From Escherichia coli (GTDB lineage: Bacteria > Pseudomonadota > Gammaproteobacteria > Enterobacterales > Enterobacteriaceae), in the NCBI RefSeq assembly GCF_003334355.1, contig NZ_QOWP01000003.1: a stretch of 64,000 nt of DNA; one strand, written 5' to 3'. The position numbers and the translations under genes were made by a program. The notes beneath the pieces were generated by a model, which saw only the letters and a list, made by a program, of their open reading frames with translations, had not been told where the DNA came from and made no database searches. Shown here one piece after another: positions 37,156 through 48,528 of this stretch (positions are counted from its first letter, which is position 1; each line of letters starts with the position of its first letter).

Positions 37156-37566
37156 TTACTCCCGCTTCAGCCGTTTCGAATTACACAGCCACAGGGTGAT
37201 CACCAGTAACAGGATCGCAGCCGAGTAGATCAACACATCCAGTGGCGATTTATGATCGACGATGATCAAGCGCACAATGGCGGTGATCCCAATATAGACA
37301 AAGTAACGTAGCGGGAAGTGAAAACCGGACTGAAAGTACTTCACAATCAGCGCGATAAATTCGAAATAGAGAAAGTAAACCACCAGTCCTTCTACCAGCT
37401 CATATTTGCTGGTTTGTTCTGGCGCGAACAGCACATCAGCCAGATGCACCGTTTCTTTGCCGAGGAAGACAACCAAAATCAGGCCGAGGCACAGCAGGCC
37501 AAGATTGAGTACGGTCTGCAAAATGGTGGAGATAAACTCCACGCGCGGACGAGAGAGTGACGTCAT
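37156..37566 (-). CDS. psiE: Phosphate-starvation-inducible protein PsiE
   Basis: ORF track 136 aa [47 protein letters not shown]... Confidence 0.93.
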
Positions 37567-37680
37567 AGCAGTACCTCCTTCACAGTGGCGAGCTTCCTGT
37601 ATAACGCAAAAATGTGACGGAGATCTATATTTTTTGTGTATGTTTTGTTCAACCTGGATTTGGAGCGCGCCTCCACCAAA

Positions 37681-37735
37681 GCCGGATATACCTACCCGTA
37701 GGCCGGATAAGCCGCGCCTGGCGGCGCATCCGGCA
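37681..37735. repeat. REP element upstream of psiE
   Basis: gccggatatacc...gtaggccggataagccgcgcctggcggcgcatccggc. Confidence 0.7.
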
Positions 37736-37835
37736 AGACAAACCGCACCAAAGCCGGTAATTCAAAAATCACCCATTCAGGTGATTCCCAGCCACCAGCA
37801 ATGCGCGAAAAATCGACAATGTTCCTCTGGAACAA

Positions 37836-38114
37836 ATGAAACGTAACCTGATAAAGGTGGTAAAAATGAAGCCTTATTTTGCTGCTTTGATGTTATCAGT
37901 CTCTGTTCTTCCTGCTTATGCTGGTCCGCTCGGTACTGCTGATAAAGCCGACCTACCGCAAAGCAATGTCTCCAGCCCAATGATGGCCCAGTCGCTCAGG
38001 CAACCAGACCTGCAACCGATATCGACGGACAGGAAGACAGAATGTTTTCGCCTTTACACACCAGATCGCAAACCGGGAGTGAACTGCGTTCCTGATGGCT
38101 CGACAGGCCATTAA
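37836..38114 (+). CDS. yjbT: Small putative secreted protein YjbT (signal-peptide-like N-terminus; start may be ATG at 37866)
   Basis: ORF track 92 aa MKRNLIKVVKMKPYFAALMLSVSVLPAYAGPLGTADK... Confidence 0.6.
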   Translation: MKRNLIKVVKMKPYFAALMLSVSVLPAYAGPLGTADKADLPQSNVSSPMMAQSLRQPDLQPISTDRKTECFRLYTPDRKPGVNCVPDGSTGH

Positions 38115-38160
38115 GAATGAAGGTGCCAGTGAGTGCGAAAACTGGCACCTTTCCCATGAC

Positions 38161-40257
38161 TTAGCGGAAATTGACGCTACGGTCGCTGGTCATGTCATAC
38201 AACTGGAACTTACGCCCAAGTTGCTGACCACCGTCACGCGTCAGCGGCGTCCAGCCAATCGCCGCACGGCTGCGTGTCGGGCCAGACGAGAAGAGATCCA
38301 ACGGTACCGAGACATACACGCCTTTGGTGAAGTCCCCTTCGCCGTACTCCTCTTTCGAAACATTAGTGATCGTGGCATAGCCACCCACCACCACGCCGCT
38401 ATCAAAGCGTTTGGCGATCTCCAGCGTGCCGCCTTTATCCCCTGCCAGATACTGCCCGACGCTGGCTTTAACTAACACATCCTGAGCGAAAGATGGCGTC
38501 CAGTAGGCGGTCAGATGTCCGGTTTTCACGCTGTAGTCGGTGAATTTCATCATATCTTTTGCACTACGCCAGTCGCGCTGTTTAACGTAGTTGGCATCCA
38601 GACCAAACGCCCAGTTGCTGTCCAGCGGGCGATACAACACTTCTGCCCCCGCACCGCCAAACATGGTTTCGAGATAACCACCGTAGACCTGACCGTAGAA
38701 GCCGTTGCCCAGATGCTGGAAGTAGTTGGCTTGCAGGTTATTCACATAGACATCGTTCTGCACATACTCGCGCATATGGGTACGCACGCGCGGTAAGTGC
38801 GAGTCCTGCGGAGGATTAGTGTAGTTAAACTTGTCGTAGTTGTTGGCAAGATTTGCAAACAGGCTGCCGGTGGTCAGCAGATGGTCCGTCAGCCACAAAT
38901 CTGCCGTTCCCATCACGCCCAGCTGATACATGTAAAAGTTTTCCGGGCCACCGACCGACTGGTTCAGCACCGGATCGATATGGAAATCAAAGCGTGATTT
39001 GTCGATATACCAGCCCTGCTCGGTGGACTGCGGAACCACTGGCTCGACGCGTTTTTGCGCCAGCGTCGTTTCGTGGCCCAACGGCTCTCCGGCGAGATGA
39101 TTTTTCAGGCTGGCGACATCGGTTTCCGTCGTCACCTGCGGCATGTTAAGGCGATTTTCCGTAATGCGGATCGTTTTGATCCCATCCGGCAGATCGTTCA
39201 TCACGATCCGATTCGCACGGATGATCCCTTCGCGCGAATCACGATATTTCACCTGCTCGCCGGTAACATACAGCGTATCGCCTTTCGCCTGGATCTGTGG
39301 ATCGGCAAGTCCAGCATTGTATTTCAACAGCGTTAACTGATTCGCCACCACCGAATGCTGCAAAATGGCATCCTGCGGCTGCGGTTGATATTGCGGGCGG
39401 GCGTTATCGTTGTAAGACGGGCGCAGATCGTTAAAGTTGGTGCGCAACGTAACGCCAAACATAAAGGTGTTGCCACGTTCATAGCTAAGGTTAACGTCGG
39501 CCCAATCGGTAACGCGATAAATCGCACCGACGTTAAACTTACTTTTTTGCTCCAGCTTCCCGGCAAAATCCTGCTGATAATTATTGCCTTCATACTCCAG
39601 TTTCAGGCGCAGCGGTTGCCAGGGCGTCTGGTATTCCACGCCGCCAAACAGTGAGGCAGGACCGTGGAACATCTGGCTACCGTCGATAGATCCCGCCTGT
39701 TTGTAGCTGTTATCGCGATAGCAATATTTATCACTGGCTGAACAGAGCGGATTTTTCACATTACCGCTGGTGCCCAAATATCCCCAGCCCAGGCCGAGCG
39801 TAAAATCGAACGGCCCCCAGGCTTTGCTGGCAACAAGATATTCCGCATCAAACAGCCCCGTACCGCCGATATCCCGCGCACCAACCGCCACTTGCGGCAG
39901 CCAGTAACTCTCTTCCCACAAACGCAGTTTGAGATCGAAGGCTTTATCTTTATACGTTTGATCGCCAGAGAACGCTTCGACGCTGCTGTACTGCCGGGTG
40001 CGCACGTCGGTGTAGCGCAGCGTTGTTTCCAGCCACGGGAAGAGTTGCACTGAAGCTGAGTAATAACGGTACTGATCGTTATCGCGATAGTTCAGGCTCA
40101 ACTCCCCTTCCCGCGCCATGCGTGCGGTGGGCGTTTGTAATAATCCTACGCCACCGAAATCCGACTGCGACGGGCCAATGGGCGCAGGATATGTTTCGCC
40201 GTAGCAAGCCATGCTAATGCCCAGCGCCAGTAAGCTAAGCAGATGTCTTTTTTTCAT
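38161..40257 (-). CDS. yjbH: YjbH, putative outer-membrane protein of the yjbEFGH exopolysaccharide-associated operon
   Basis: ORF track 698 aa with signal peptide [20 protein letters not shown]. Confidence 0.9.
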   Translation of the reverse strand: MKKRHLLSLLALGISMACYGETYPAPIGPSQSDFGGVGLLQTPTARMAREGELSLNYRDNDQYRYYSASVQLFPWLETTLRYTDVRTRQYSSVEAFSGDQTYKDKAFDLKLRLWEESYWLPQVAVGARDIGGTGLFDAEYLVASKAWGPFDFTLGLGWGYLGTSGNVKNPLCSASDKYCYRDNSYKQAGSIDGSQMFHGPASLFGGVEYQTPWQPLRLKLEYEGNNYQQDFAGKLEQKSKFNVGAIYRVTDWADVNLSYERGNTFMFGVTLRTNFNDLRPSYNDNARPQYQPQPQDAILQHSVVANQLTLLKYNAGLADPQIQAKGDTLYVTGEQVKYRDSREGIIRANRIVMNDLPDGIKTIRITENRLNMPQVTTETDVASLKNHLAGEPLGHETTLAQKRVEPVVPQSTEQGWYIDKSRFDFHIDPVLNQSVGGPENFYMYQLGVMGTADLWLTDHLLTTGSLFANLANNYDKFNYTNPPQDSHLPRVRTHMREYVQNDVYVNNLQANYFQHLGNGFYGQVYGGYLETMFGGAGAEVLYRPLDSNWAFGLDANYVKQRDWRSAKDMMKFTDYSVKTGHLTAYWTPSFAQDVLVKASVGQYLAGDKGGTLEIAKRFDSGVVVGGYATITNVSKEEYGEGDFTKGVYVSVPLDLFSSGPTRSRAAIGWTPLTRDGGQQLGRKFQLYDMTSDRSVNFR

Positions 40258-40994
40258 TATTGGGGTATCCGCTGCGTCAGAGTCTGAAGAATGTCGGCGT
40301 TAAGGGCATCAGGCGTCTCACTCCAGACGGAGTCCGCGAGGCCAACATAAATAATGCTGCCGGGCATCGGCTCTACGTGACGCTTGTTCCAGTAAGCCAC
40401 CGGCGCTTTTTGCGTGCGTCCGTCCGGGTAAACCACCCACGCGTAGCTGCGATCCGCACCGCTAAGCAGGTTCTGCCCGGAGAGATAGCTCGCCACGTCG
40501 CGACCTGGAGTGAATGGCTGCTTGCCAGGACGGCTGATAAGCCCGAACAGCGTGACCGTGGACGGTGGTGGCCCGACCCACAGCGTGTAGTTGCCCTGCA
40601 ACGGTGGGTTACCGCGTTCGGCAACGCGGACGATATCAGGATCAAGATTGATTTTTTGCCTGCCCGTCACTTTCAACGCCTGAATTTGCTGGCGTAAGGC
40701 GTTAATCGCGGCGGCATCGTCGGCGCTGGAATCTGCAGCCAGTTCTGCCAGCCGTGTCAGCAACGCCTGCTGCTGCCGCAATGCTGCCGCCGTTGCCAGC
40801 TCTTCGCTAATCACCGCACCGGGCCACCAGCTGTTTGCCAGCCGCGGTTGGCCTACCAGATCGATTAAATGCTCTGCGCCCGTTAGCGTTTTGGCCTCAC
40901 TGCTGCCATTGCTGAACACCTTGACGGTTCCTGCCGCGAAGACCGATGACGCTCCCACACTCAAAAGCAACGCGACAAAAGTTTGTTTAATCAT
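40257..40994 (-). CDS. yjbG: YjbG, periplasmic protein of yjbEFGH operon; stop overlaps yjbH start (TAATG)
   Basis: ORF track frame 40257..41090; start at internal [22 protein letters not shown] signal peptide. Confidence 0.85.
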   Translation of the reverse strand: MIKQTFVALLLSVGASSVFAAGTVKVFSNGSSEAKTLTGAEHLIDLVGQPRLANSWWPGAVISEELATAAALRQQQALLTRLAELAADSSADDAAAINALRQQIQALKVTGRQKINLDPDIVRVAERGNPPLQGNYTLWVGPPPSTVTLFGLISRPGKQPFTPGRDVASYLSGQNLLSGADRSYAWVVYPDGRTQKAPVAYWNKRHVEPMPGSIIYVGLADSVWSETPDALNADILQTLTQRIPQ

Positions 40995-41659
40995 TGTTTT
41001 GCCGCCTTGATGAGAGTGGTTTTCACCGGGAAATAATCCGCGCCGAGATACTGTTCCGACTGGCGAATTTGCCCTACGCTGTCGATCCAATAGCGGTTAT
41101 GCCAGCGCGCCTGGTCGGTGGAGACTTCTTCGTCCAGCACGCGAACCGGGGTTTCATCGCTGCCGACTTTGACGGTATCGGTACCATTCCATTTGAAGAC
41201 TGATCGTGCGGTGGCGTAGCGTACCTGCTGGTACTTGGTCCAGCCCATCGTGCGCGTCCAGCTTGCGCCATCAACGATTTGTGCGGGTTTAATCAGCGGG
41301 TCGGCAGCAAGGTTATTCACTTCAATCAGGTTGTCGCCGCCGAGCAGAGTCTTCACCAGACGGCCATGTTGGGTAACGAGAGTAGCCTGATCCTGAGTGA
41401 CCCATTTTTGTTGTCCGTCTTCAGCGAAGGCCAGCACCACAAATAACTGCGGCCCGCCATTAAGCTGCATGTACTGGCTGGCGTAGGGCATATTTTGAAT
41501 ATCATCATCCGTCAGCTGTACGCCTGGCGGGCCGAACAGACTGTCCCACAGTGAATTGCCCAGCTCTTTAGTCGTGGCTGAACAGGCCTGTAATAGCAGG
41601 CAGATAAGAATGAGTGCAGGTCGCTTCACGACTCTTCTCCAGAGGGGCAGAATAACCAC
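40991..41659 (-). CDS. yjbF: YjbF, putative lipoprotein of yjbEFGH operon (true start may be internal); 4-nt overlap with yjbG start
   Basis: ORF track 222 aa with lipobox-like LLQAC near N-terminus. Confidence 0.85.
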   Translation of the reverse strand: MVILPLWRRVVKRPALILICLLLQACSATTKELGNSLWDSLFGPPGVQLTDDDIQNMPYASQYMQLNGGPQLFVVLAFAEDGQQKWVTQDQATLVTQHGRLVKTLLGGDNLIEVNNLAADPLIKPAQIVDGASWTRTMGWTKYQQVRYATARSVFKWNGTDTVKVGSDETPVRVLDEEVSTDQARWHNRYWIDSVGQIRQSEQYLGADYFPVKTTLIKAAKQ

Positions 41660-41742
41660 ACCGGAGTGTGGTTATGGTAAATCCCTTCATACTTCAAGCC
41701 ACAGATGCAATGACTCAAATTATTTTGGGGATACATACTTTA

Positions 41743-41985
41743 TTACTGGGTACTGGTGGTCGTGGTTGTGGTGGTCCCGGTATTAGAACCATCACCGCCA
41801 CCGGTTGCCGCGAGCGCGACACCCACCGCCGAGCTTACGGTGCTGACGCTGGTCGCGGAGGAACTCCCCGCCGAAACCGACGTTGCTGCCGACCCTGCCG
41901 CTTCGCCCACCTGTACAGGTGCAGCCCACGCAGAAGTCGCCGCAAGCGCAGATATGGCAAAAATGCCATACAGAACTTTTTTCAT
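41743..41985 (-). CDS. yjbE: YjbE, small secreted Ser/Thr/Gly-rich low-complexity protein
   Basis: ORF track 80 aa [46 protein letters not shown]...[10 protein letters not shown]. Confidence 0.85.
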
Positions 41986-42293
41986 AACAATTTCCCTTCA
42001 TTGAATGAATGGAGATTTACCCAAAAACATTTCGGGCGGGATCGAGTATACACAACTAAAGCATGCGAATTACGGCGCGGGGAATTAGCGATGGCGTTTT
42101 AGGATAATTGGAATGAATATCAAATATAAGTTTCAACTTATATTTAAATAACAATAAAAATCATAAACTTAAAATAAAAACAAAAGCAATTAATCTGCGT
42201 ATTTTCCGAAATAAACAACGATTAAAAATCTATTTTAGGATTAACCTCATGGTATGATTTCCGTTAAATCACAGACAAGGGGATTTATCTGAT

Positions 42294-42326
42294 AAAAAAA
42301 TGCCGACATAACGTCGGCATTGTTAT
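42294..42326. terminator. Bidirectional hairpin terminator (A7-tgccgacataacgtcggca-ttgtt) in the pgi/yjbE intergenic region
   Basis: Hairpin flanked by A-run and T-rich sequence. Confidence 0.6.
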
Positions 42327-42393
42327 TAAGGTTATTTAATCAATCGTGCTATGTATTAATTGCCGAATACGATGTACATATCGGCATCGACCT

Positions 42394-42470
42394 GTAGGCC
42401 TGATAAGACGCGACCGCGTCGCATCAGGCATCGGTTGCCGGATGCGGCGTGAACGCCTTATCCGGCCTAC
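42394..42470. repeat. REP/BIME elements downstream of pgi
   Basis: gtaggcctgataagacgcg...gcgtcgcatcaggc and gccggatgcggcgtgaacgccttatccggcctac. Confidence 0.8.
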
Positions 42471-42483
42471 ATATCGACGATGA

Positions 42484-44133
42484 TTAACCGCGCCACGCTT
42501 TATAGCGGTTAATCAGACCATTGGTCGAGCTATCGTGGCTGCTGATTTCTTTATCATCTTTCAGCTCTGGCAGAATACGGTTCGCCAGCTGTTTACCCAG
42601 TTCCACGCCCCACTGGTCGAAGGTGAAGATGTTCAGGATCACGCCCTGAGTAAAGATTTTGTGCTCATACAGCGCAATCAACGCACCCAGGCTGAACGGA
42701 GTGATTTCACGCAGCAGGATGGAGTTGGTCGGGCGGTTACCTTCGAATACTTTGAACGGCACCACGTAGTCAAGCGTTGCCGGATCTTTACCCTGATCAC
42801 GATATTCCTGCTCAACCACTTCGCGGGATTTACCAAACGCCAGCGCTTCGGTCTGGGCGAAGAAGTTAGACAGCAGTTTCTGGTGATGATCAGAGAGCGG
42901 GTTATGGGTGATAGCCGGAGCGATGAAATCGCACGGTACCATTTTGGTTCCCTGGTGGATCAGCTGGTAGAACGCGTGCTGACCGTTAGTGCCTGGTTCA
43001 CCCCAGATAATCGGGCCAGTCTGGTAATCCACAACGTTACCGTTACGGTCAACATACTTACCGTTGGACTCCATATTGCCCTGCTGGAAGTACGCCGCGA
43101 AACGGTGCATATACTGGTCATACGGCAGAATCGCTTCAGTTTCCGCACCAAAGAAATTGTTGTACCAGATGCCAATCAGCGCCAGCAGTACAGGCAGGTT
43201 TTTCTCGGCAGGCGTGGTGGAGAAATGCTTGTCCATCGCGTGTGCGCCGGAAAGCAGTTCAACGAAGTTATCAAAGCCGATGGAGAGAACAATCGACAGG
43301 CCAATCGCTGACCACAAAGAGTAACGGCCGCCAACCCAGTCCCAGAACTCGAACATGTTGGCAGTATCAATACCAAACTCGCCAACGGCTTTGGCATTGG
43401 TGGAAAGCGCCGCAAAGTGTTTTGCAACGTGTTTTTCATCACCTGCCGCTTTCAGGAACCAGTCACGCGCGCTATGGGCGTTGGTCATAGTTTCCTGAGT
43501 GGTGAAGGTTTTAGATGCTACCAGGAACAGCGTGGTTTCCGGGTTTACTTTTTTCAGCACTTCCGCGATGTGAGTCCCATCGACGTTAGAAACAAAGTGC
43601 ATGTTCAGGTGGTTTTTGTACGGACGCAGAGCTTCGGTCACCATGTATGGGCCGAGGTCAGAACCGCCGATCCCGATGTTCACTACGTCAGTGATTGCTT
43701 TGCCGGTATAACCTTTCCACTCACCGGAAATAATCGCTTCTGAGAAGGTTTTCATCTTCTCCAGCACCGCGTTGACTTCCGGCATTACGTCTTTGCCATC
43801 AACCAAAATCGGGGTATTGCTACGGTTACGCAGCGCTACGTGCAGCACGGCGCGGTTTTCAGTGCGGTTGATCTTCTCGCCAGAGAACATCGACTTAATC
43901 GCGCCCGCCAGATCGCACTCTTTCGCCAGATCCTGTAATTTCGCCAGCGTCTCTTCAGTGATGCGGTTTTTGGAGTAATCCACCAGCATCTGATCGTCGA
44001 AGGTTGCGGAGAACTTAGAAAAACGATCGCCGTCTTTAGCAAAAAGATCGGCGATCGTAACGTCTTTCATTTCATCGAAGTGTTTCTGTAGTGCCTGCCA
44101 GGCAGCGGTCTGCGTTGGATTGATGTTTTTCAT
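42484..44133 (-). CDS. pgi: Glucose-6-phosphate isomerase
   Basis: ORF track frame 42484..44139; [41 protein letters not shown]... (549 aa). Confidence 0.98.
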
Positions 44134-44369
44134 TAGCAATACTCTTCTGATTTTGAGAATTGTGACTTTGGAAGATTGTAGCGCCAGTCACAGAAAAATG
44201 TGATGGTTTTAGTGCCGTTAGCGTAATGTTGAGTGTAAACCCTTAGCGCAGTGAAGCATTTATTAGCTGAACTACTGACCGCCAGGAGTGGATGAAAAAT
44301 CCGCATGACCCCATCGTTGACAACCGCCCCGCTCACCCTTTATTTATAAATGTACTACCTGCGCTAGCG

Positions 44370-44657
44370 CAGGCCAGAAGAGGCGCGTTGCCCAAGTAAC
44401 GGTGTTGGAGGAGCCAGTCCTGTGATAACACCTGAGGGGGTGCATCGCCGAGGTGATTGAACGGCTGGCCACGTTCATCATCGGCTACAGGGGCTGAATC
44501 CCCTGGGTTGTCACCAGAAGCGTTCGCAGTCGGGCGTTTCGCAAGTGGTGGAGCACTTCTGGGTGAAAATAGTAGCGAAGTATCGCTCTGCGCCCACCCG
44601 TCTTCCGCTCTTCCCTTGTGCCAAGGCTGAAAATGGATCCCCTGACACGAGGTAGTT
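44370..44657 (+). promoter_or_regulatory. lysC 5' leader containing the lysine riboswitch (L-box)
   Basis: Long structured leader directly upstream of lysC; recognised by position and conserved segments (gaggcgcg..., ...ggtgcatcgccgaggtg...). Confidence 0.75.
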
Positions 44658-46007
44658 ATGTCTGAAATTGTTGTCTCCAAATTTGGCGGTACCAGCGTAG
44701 CTGATTTTGACGCCATGAACCGCAGCGCTGATATTGTGCTTTCTGATGCCAACGTGCGTTTAGTTGTCCTCTCGGCTTCTGCTGGTATCACTAATCTGCT
44801 GGTCGCTTTAGCTGAAGGACTGGAACCTGGCGAGCGATTCGAAAAACTCGACGCTATCCGCAACATCCAGTTTGCCATTCTGGAACGTCTGCGTTACCCG
44901 AACGTTATCCGTGAAGAGATTGAACGTCTGCTGGAGAACATTACTGTTCTGGCAGAAGCGGCGGCGCTGGCAACGTCTCCGGCGCTGACAGATGAGCTGG
45001 TCAGCCACGGCGAGCTGATGTCGACCCTGCTGTTTGTTGAGATCCTGCGCGAACGCGATGTTCAGGCACAGTGGTTTGATGTACGTAAAGTGATGCGTAC
45101 CAACGACCGATTTGGTCGTGCAGAGCCAGATATAGCCGCGCTGGCGGAACTGGCCGCGCTGCAGCTGCTCCCACGTCTCAATGAAGGCTTAGTGATCACC
45201 CAGGGATTTATCGGTAGCGAAAATAAAGGTCGTACAACGACGCTTGGCCGTGGAGGCAGCGATTATACGGCAGCCTTGCTGGCGGAGGCTTTACACGCAT
45301 CTCGTGTTGATATCTGGACCGACGTCCCGGGCATCTACACCACCGATCCACGCGTAGTTTCCGCAGCAAAACGCATTGATGAAATCGCGTTTGCCGAAGC
45401 GGCAGAGATGGCAACTTTTGGTGCAAAAGTACTGCATCCGGCAACGTTGCTACCCGCAGTACGCAGCGATATCCCGGTCTTTGTCGGCTCCAGCAAAGAC
45501 CCACGCGCAGGTGGTACGCTGGTGTGCAATAAAACTGAAAATCCGCCGCTGTTCCGCGCTCTGGCGCTTCGTCGCAATCAGACTCTGCTCACTTTGCACA
45601 GCCTGAATATGCTGCATTCTCGCGGTTTCCTCGCGGAAGTTTTCGGCATCCTCGCGCGGCATAATATTTCGGTAGACTTAATCACCACGTCAGAAGTGAG
45701 CGTGGCATTAACCCTTGATACCACCGGTTCAACCTCCACTGGCGATACGTTGCTGACGCAATCTCTGCTGATGGAGCTTTCCGCACTGTGTCGGGTGGAG
45801 GTGGAAGAAGGTCTGGCGCTGGTCGCGTTGATTGGCAATGACCTGTCAAAAGCCTGCGGCGTTGGCAAAGAGGTATTCGGCGTACTGGAACCGTTCAACA
45901 TTCGCATGATTTGTTATGGCGCATCCAGCCATAACCTGTGCTTCCTGGTGCCCGGCGAAGATGCCGAGCAGGTGGTGCAAAAACTGCATAGTAATTTGTT
46001 TGAGTAA
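44658..46007 (+). CDS. lysC: Lysine-sensitive aspartokinase III
   Basis: ORF track 449 aa MSEIVVSKFGGTSVADFDAMNRSADIVLSDANVRLVVLSASAGITNLLVALAEG... Confidence 0.98.
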   Translation: MSEIVVSKFGGTSVADFDAMNRSADIVLSDANVRLVVLSASAGITNLLVALAEGLEPGERFEKLDAIRNIQFAILERLRYPNVIREEIERLLENITVLAEAAALATSPALTDELVSHGELMSTLLFVEILRERDVQAQWFDVRKVMRTNDRFGRAEPDIAALAELAALQLLPRLNEGLVITQGFIGSENKGRTTTLGRGGSDYTAALLAEALHASRVDIWTDVPGIYTTDPRVVSAAKRIDEIAFAEAAEMATFGAKVLHPATLLPAVRSDIPVFVGSSKDPRAGGTLVCNKTENPPLFRALALRRNQTLLTLHSLNMLHSRGFLAEVFGILARHNISVDLITTSEVSVALTLDTTGSTSTGDTLLTQSLLMELSALCRVEVEEGLALVALIGNDLSKACGVGKEVFGVLEPFNIRMICYGASSHNLCFLVPGEDAEQVVQKLHSNLFE

Positions 46008-46259
46008 ATACTGTATGGCCTGGAAGCTATATTTCGGGCCGTATTGATTTTCTTGTCACTATGCTCATCAATAAACGAGCCTGTACTCTGTTAACCAGCG
46101 TCTTTATCGGAGAATAATTGCCTTTAATTTTTTTATCTGCATCTCTAATTAATTATCGAAAGAGATAAATAGTTAAGAGAAGGCAAAATGAATATTATCA
46201 GTTCTGCTCGCAAACGAATTCCCGTACACTGAACTCTCTGGCTCACTGAGGGCACCATC

Positions 46260-46532
46260 ATGGCACTCCCCCGTATTACCCAAAAAGAGATGACTGAACG
46301 CGAGCAGCGTGAACTTAAAACACTGCTGGATCGGGCGCGGATTGCGCATGGTCGCGTATTGACCAACTCCGAAACCAACAGCATTAAGAAAGATTACATC
46401 GATAAATTAATGGTTGAGCGTGAGGCTGAAGCGAAAAAAGCCCGCCAGTTGAAGAAAAAGCAGGCTTATAAACCGGATCCTGAAGCGTCATTTAGCTGGT
46501 CAGCAAATACGTCGACGCGCGGCAGGCGCTAA
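46260..46532 (+). CDS. yjbD: Uncharacterised protein YjbD (DUF3811)
   Basis: ORF track 90 aa MALPRITQKEMTEREQRELKTLLDRARIAHGRVLTNSETNS... Confidence 0.85.
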   Translation: MALPRITQKEMTEREQRELKTLLDRARIAHGRVLTNSETNSIKKDYIDKLMVEREAEAKKARQLKKKQAYKPDPEASFSWSANTSTRGRR

Positions 46533-46664
46533 TCCACAATCAACGCCTGAGATTTTCACTCGTCAGTGTGAACACAATTTTCCCCTCACCCTAACCCTTT
46601 TCCCGAAGGGGCGAGGGGACTGTCCGGGCACTTTTGGGCCGTTTTCATCAGTCTGAGGCGTTAA

Positions 46665-47537
46665 TCAGCGCCCCTTCTTTTTACGCCCCGGCGAGGTAAA
46701 ACGCTTACCGTTGGACGCCGGGCGACCGCCTTTTTCCGCCGTTTTTTCCATCTTAACGACTGGACGTTTGATGCCCGCTGTTTTCGGTTTGGCCTTCGCT
46801 TTAGGTTTTACCTCGGAAGAGGAATTTTCAATGAGCTTAAAGAGGTCGATTAACTCATCGTCGGTTAAATCGCGCCATTCCCCCAGCGGAATGCCGCTTA
46901 AGCTAACGTTCATGATGCGCGTGCGTTCCAGCTTTTTCACTTCATAGCCGAAATGCTCGCACATGCGCCGGATCTGACGGTTCAGCCCCTGCACCAGGGT
47001 AATGCGGAAGACAAACGGCGCTTCTTTTTTAACTTTGCACTTTTTGGTCACTGTCCCGAGGATTGGCACCCCCGCACTCATGCCGCGAATAAACTCCTCG
47101 GTAATCGGTTTATCGACCGTCACCAGATACTCTTTCTCATGATCATTGCCAGCACGCAGGATCTTATTCACCAGATCGCCGTGATTGGTGAGGAAAATCA
47201 GCCCCTGGGAGTCTTTATCCAGGCGGCCAATCGGGAACACGCGTTTGCTGTGGTTAACGAAATCGACAATGTTATCGCGCTCGCCATCTTCGGTGGTGCT
47301 TACAATACCAACGGGCTTGTTCAGGGCGATAAGTACCAAATCTTCGGCTTCCCGAGGTTCAATCAACTGACCGTTTACTTTCACAACGTCGCCGGGTTTC
47401 ACCTGATCGCCAATGGTGGCTCGCTTGCCATTAAGGAACACATTGCCTTGCTCGATATAGCGATCCGCTTCGCGGCGTGAGCAAATTCCGCTTTCGCTGA
47501 TGTATTTATTTAAACGGACTGATGAGTCGGGCAGCAT
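46665..47537 (-). CDS. rluF: 23S rRNA pseudouridine synthase RluF
   Basis: ORF track 290 aa with S4 domain and RluA-type catalytic core (...[22 protein letters not shown]...). Confidence 0.95.
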
Positions 47538-47748
47538 AAATTCTCCTGTAAAAAACGGAATATACCGTACCTTTGGGTTGATAAAAAATAGTCATGAGCG
47601 AACTATTTGTTATTTCCATTGGCTTGAATTCGTTACCTGCTCAAATCACTTTCCAGAAGCAATGTGCGACATCGTGAGCCATGTCAGTAAGTGGTTAAAT
47701 TCGCAGTGGTAGCATGCCTCCCGTGATTTCTTACTAACCGGAGAAGTA

Positions 47749-48438
47749 ATGGAACTGCTTTTATTGAGTAACTCGACGCTGCCGGGTAAAGCCTGGCTGG
47801 AACATGCACTGCCGCTAATTGCTGAACAGTTGCAGGGTCGCCGCTCAGCGGTGTTTATCCCTTTCGCTGGCGTAACGCAGACCTGGGATGATTACACAGC
47901 GAAAACGGCTGCGGTTCTCGCTCCGCTGGGTGTTTCTGTCACCGGTATTCATAGCGTTGTCGATCCCGTTGCCGCGATTGAAAATGCTGAGATCGTGATT
48001 GTCGGCGGCGGGAATACTTTCCAGTTGCTGAAACAGTGCCGCGAGCGCGGGCTGCTGGCACCAATTACTGACGTGGTTAAACGTGGCGCTCTGTATATTG
48101 GCTGGAGCGCAGGCGCTAACCTTGCTTGCCCAACTATTCGTACCACCAACGATATGCCGATTGTCGATCCGCAAGGTTTCGATGCGCTAAATCTGTTCCC
48201 GCTGCAAATCAACCCGCACTTCACCAACGCGCTGCCGGAAGGCCATAAAGGTGAAACCCGTGAGCAGCGTATTCGCGAACTGCTGGTCGTCGCGCCAGAA
48301 CTGACGATTATTGGTCTACCGGAAGGTAACTGGATCACAGTGAGTAAAGGTCACGCTACGCTGGGTGGCCCGAACACCACTTATGTGTTTAAGGCTGGTG
48401 AAGAAGCGGTTCCGCTGGAAGCTGGTCACCGTTTTTAA
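47749..48438 (+). CDS. pepE: Peptidase E (alpha-aspartyl dipeptidase)
   Basis: ORF track 229 aa [42 protein letters not shown]... Confidence 0.95.
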
Positions 48439-48444
48439 GTGAAT

Positions 48445-48515
48445 TGCCGGATGCATGATCCGGCATCTTGTTCATAGTGCCTGATGCGACGCTTGACGCG
48501 TCTTATCAGGCCTAC
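48445..48515. repeat. Hairpin (tgccggatgcatgatccggca) plus REP element between pepE and yjbB
   Basis: Palindromes read directly; REP-type unit gcctgatgcgacgc...gcgtcttatcaggcctac. Confidence 0.65.
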
Positions 48516-48528
48516 AGGATTCACAATA

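Noticed and set aside
41743-41985. yjbE as a possible non-coding low-complexity repeat
   Set aside because: It has a clear signal peptide and an intact 80-codon frame at the head of the yjbEFGH operon; treated as a genuine small protein gene.
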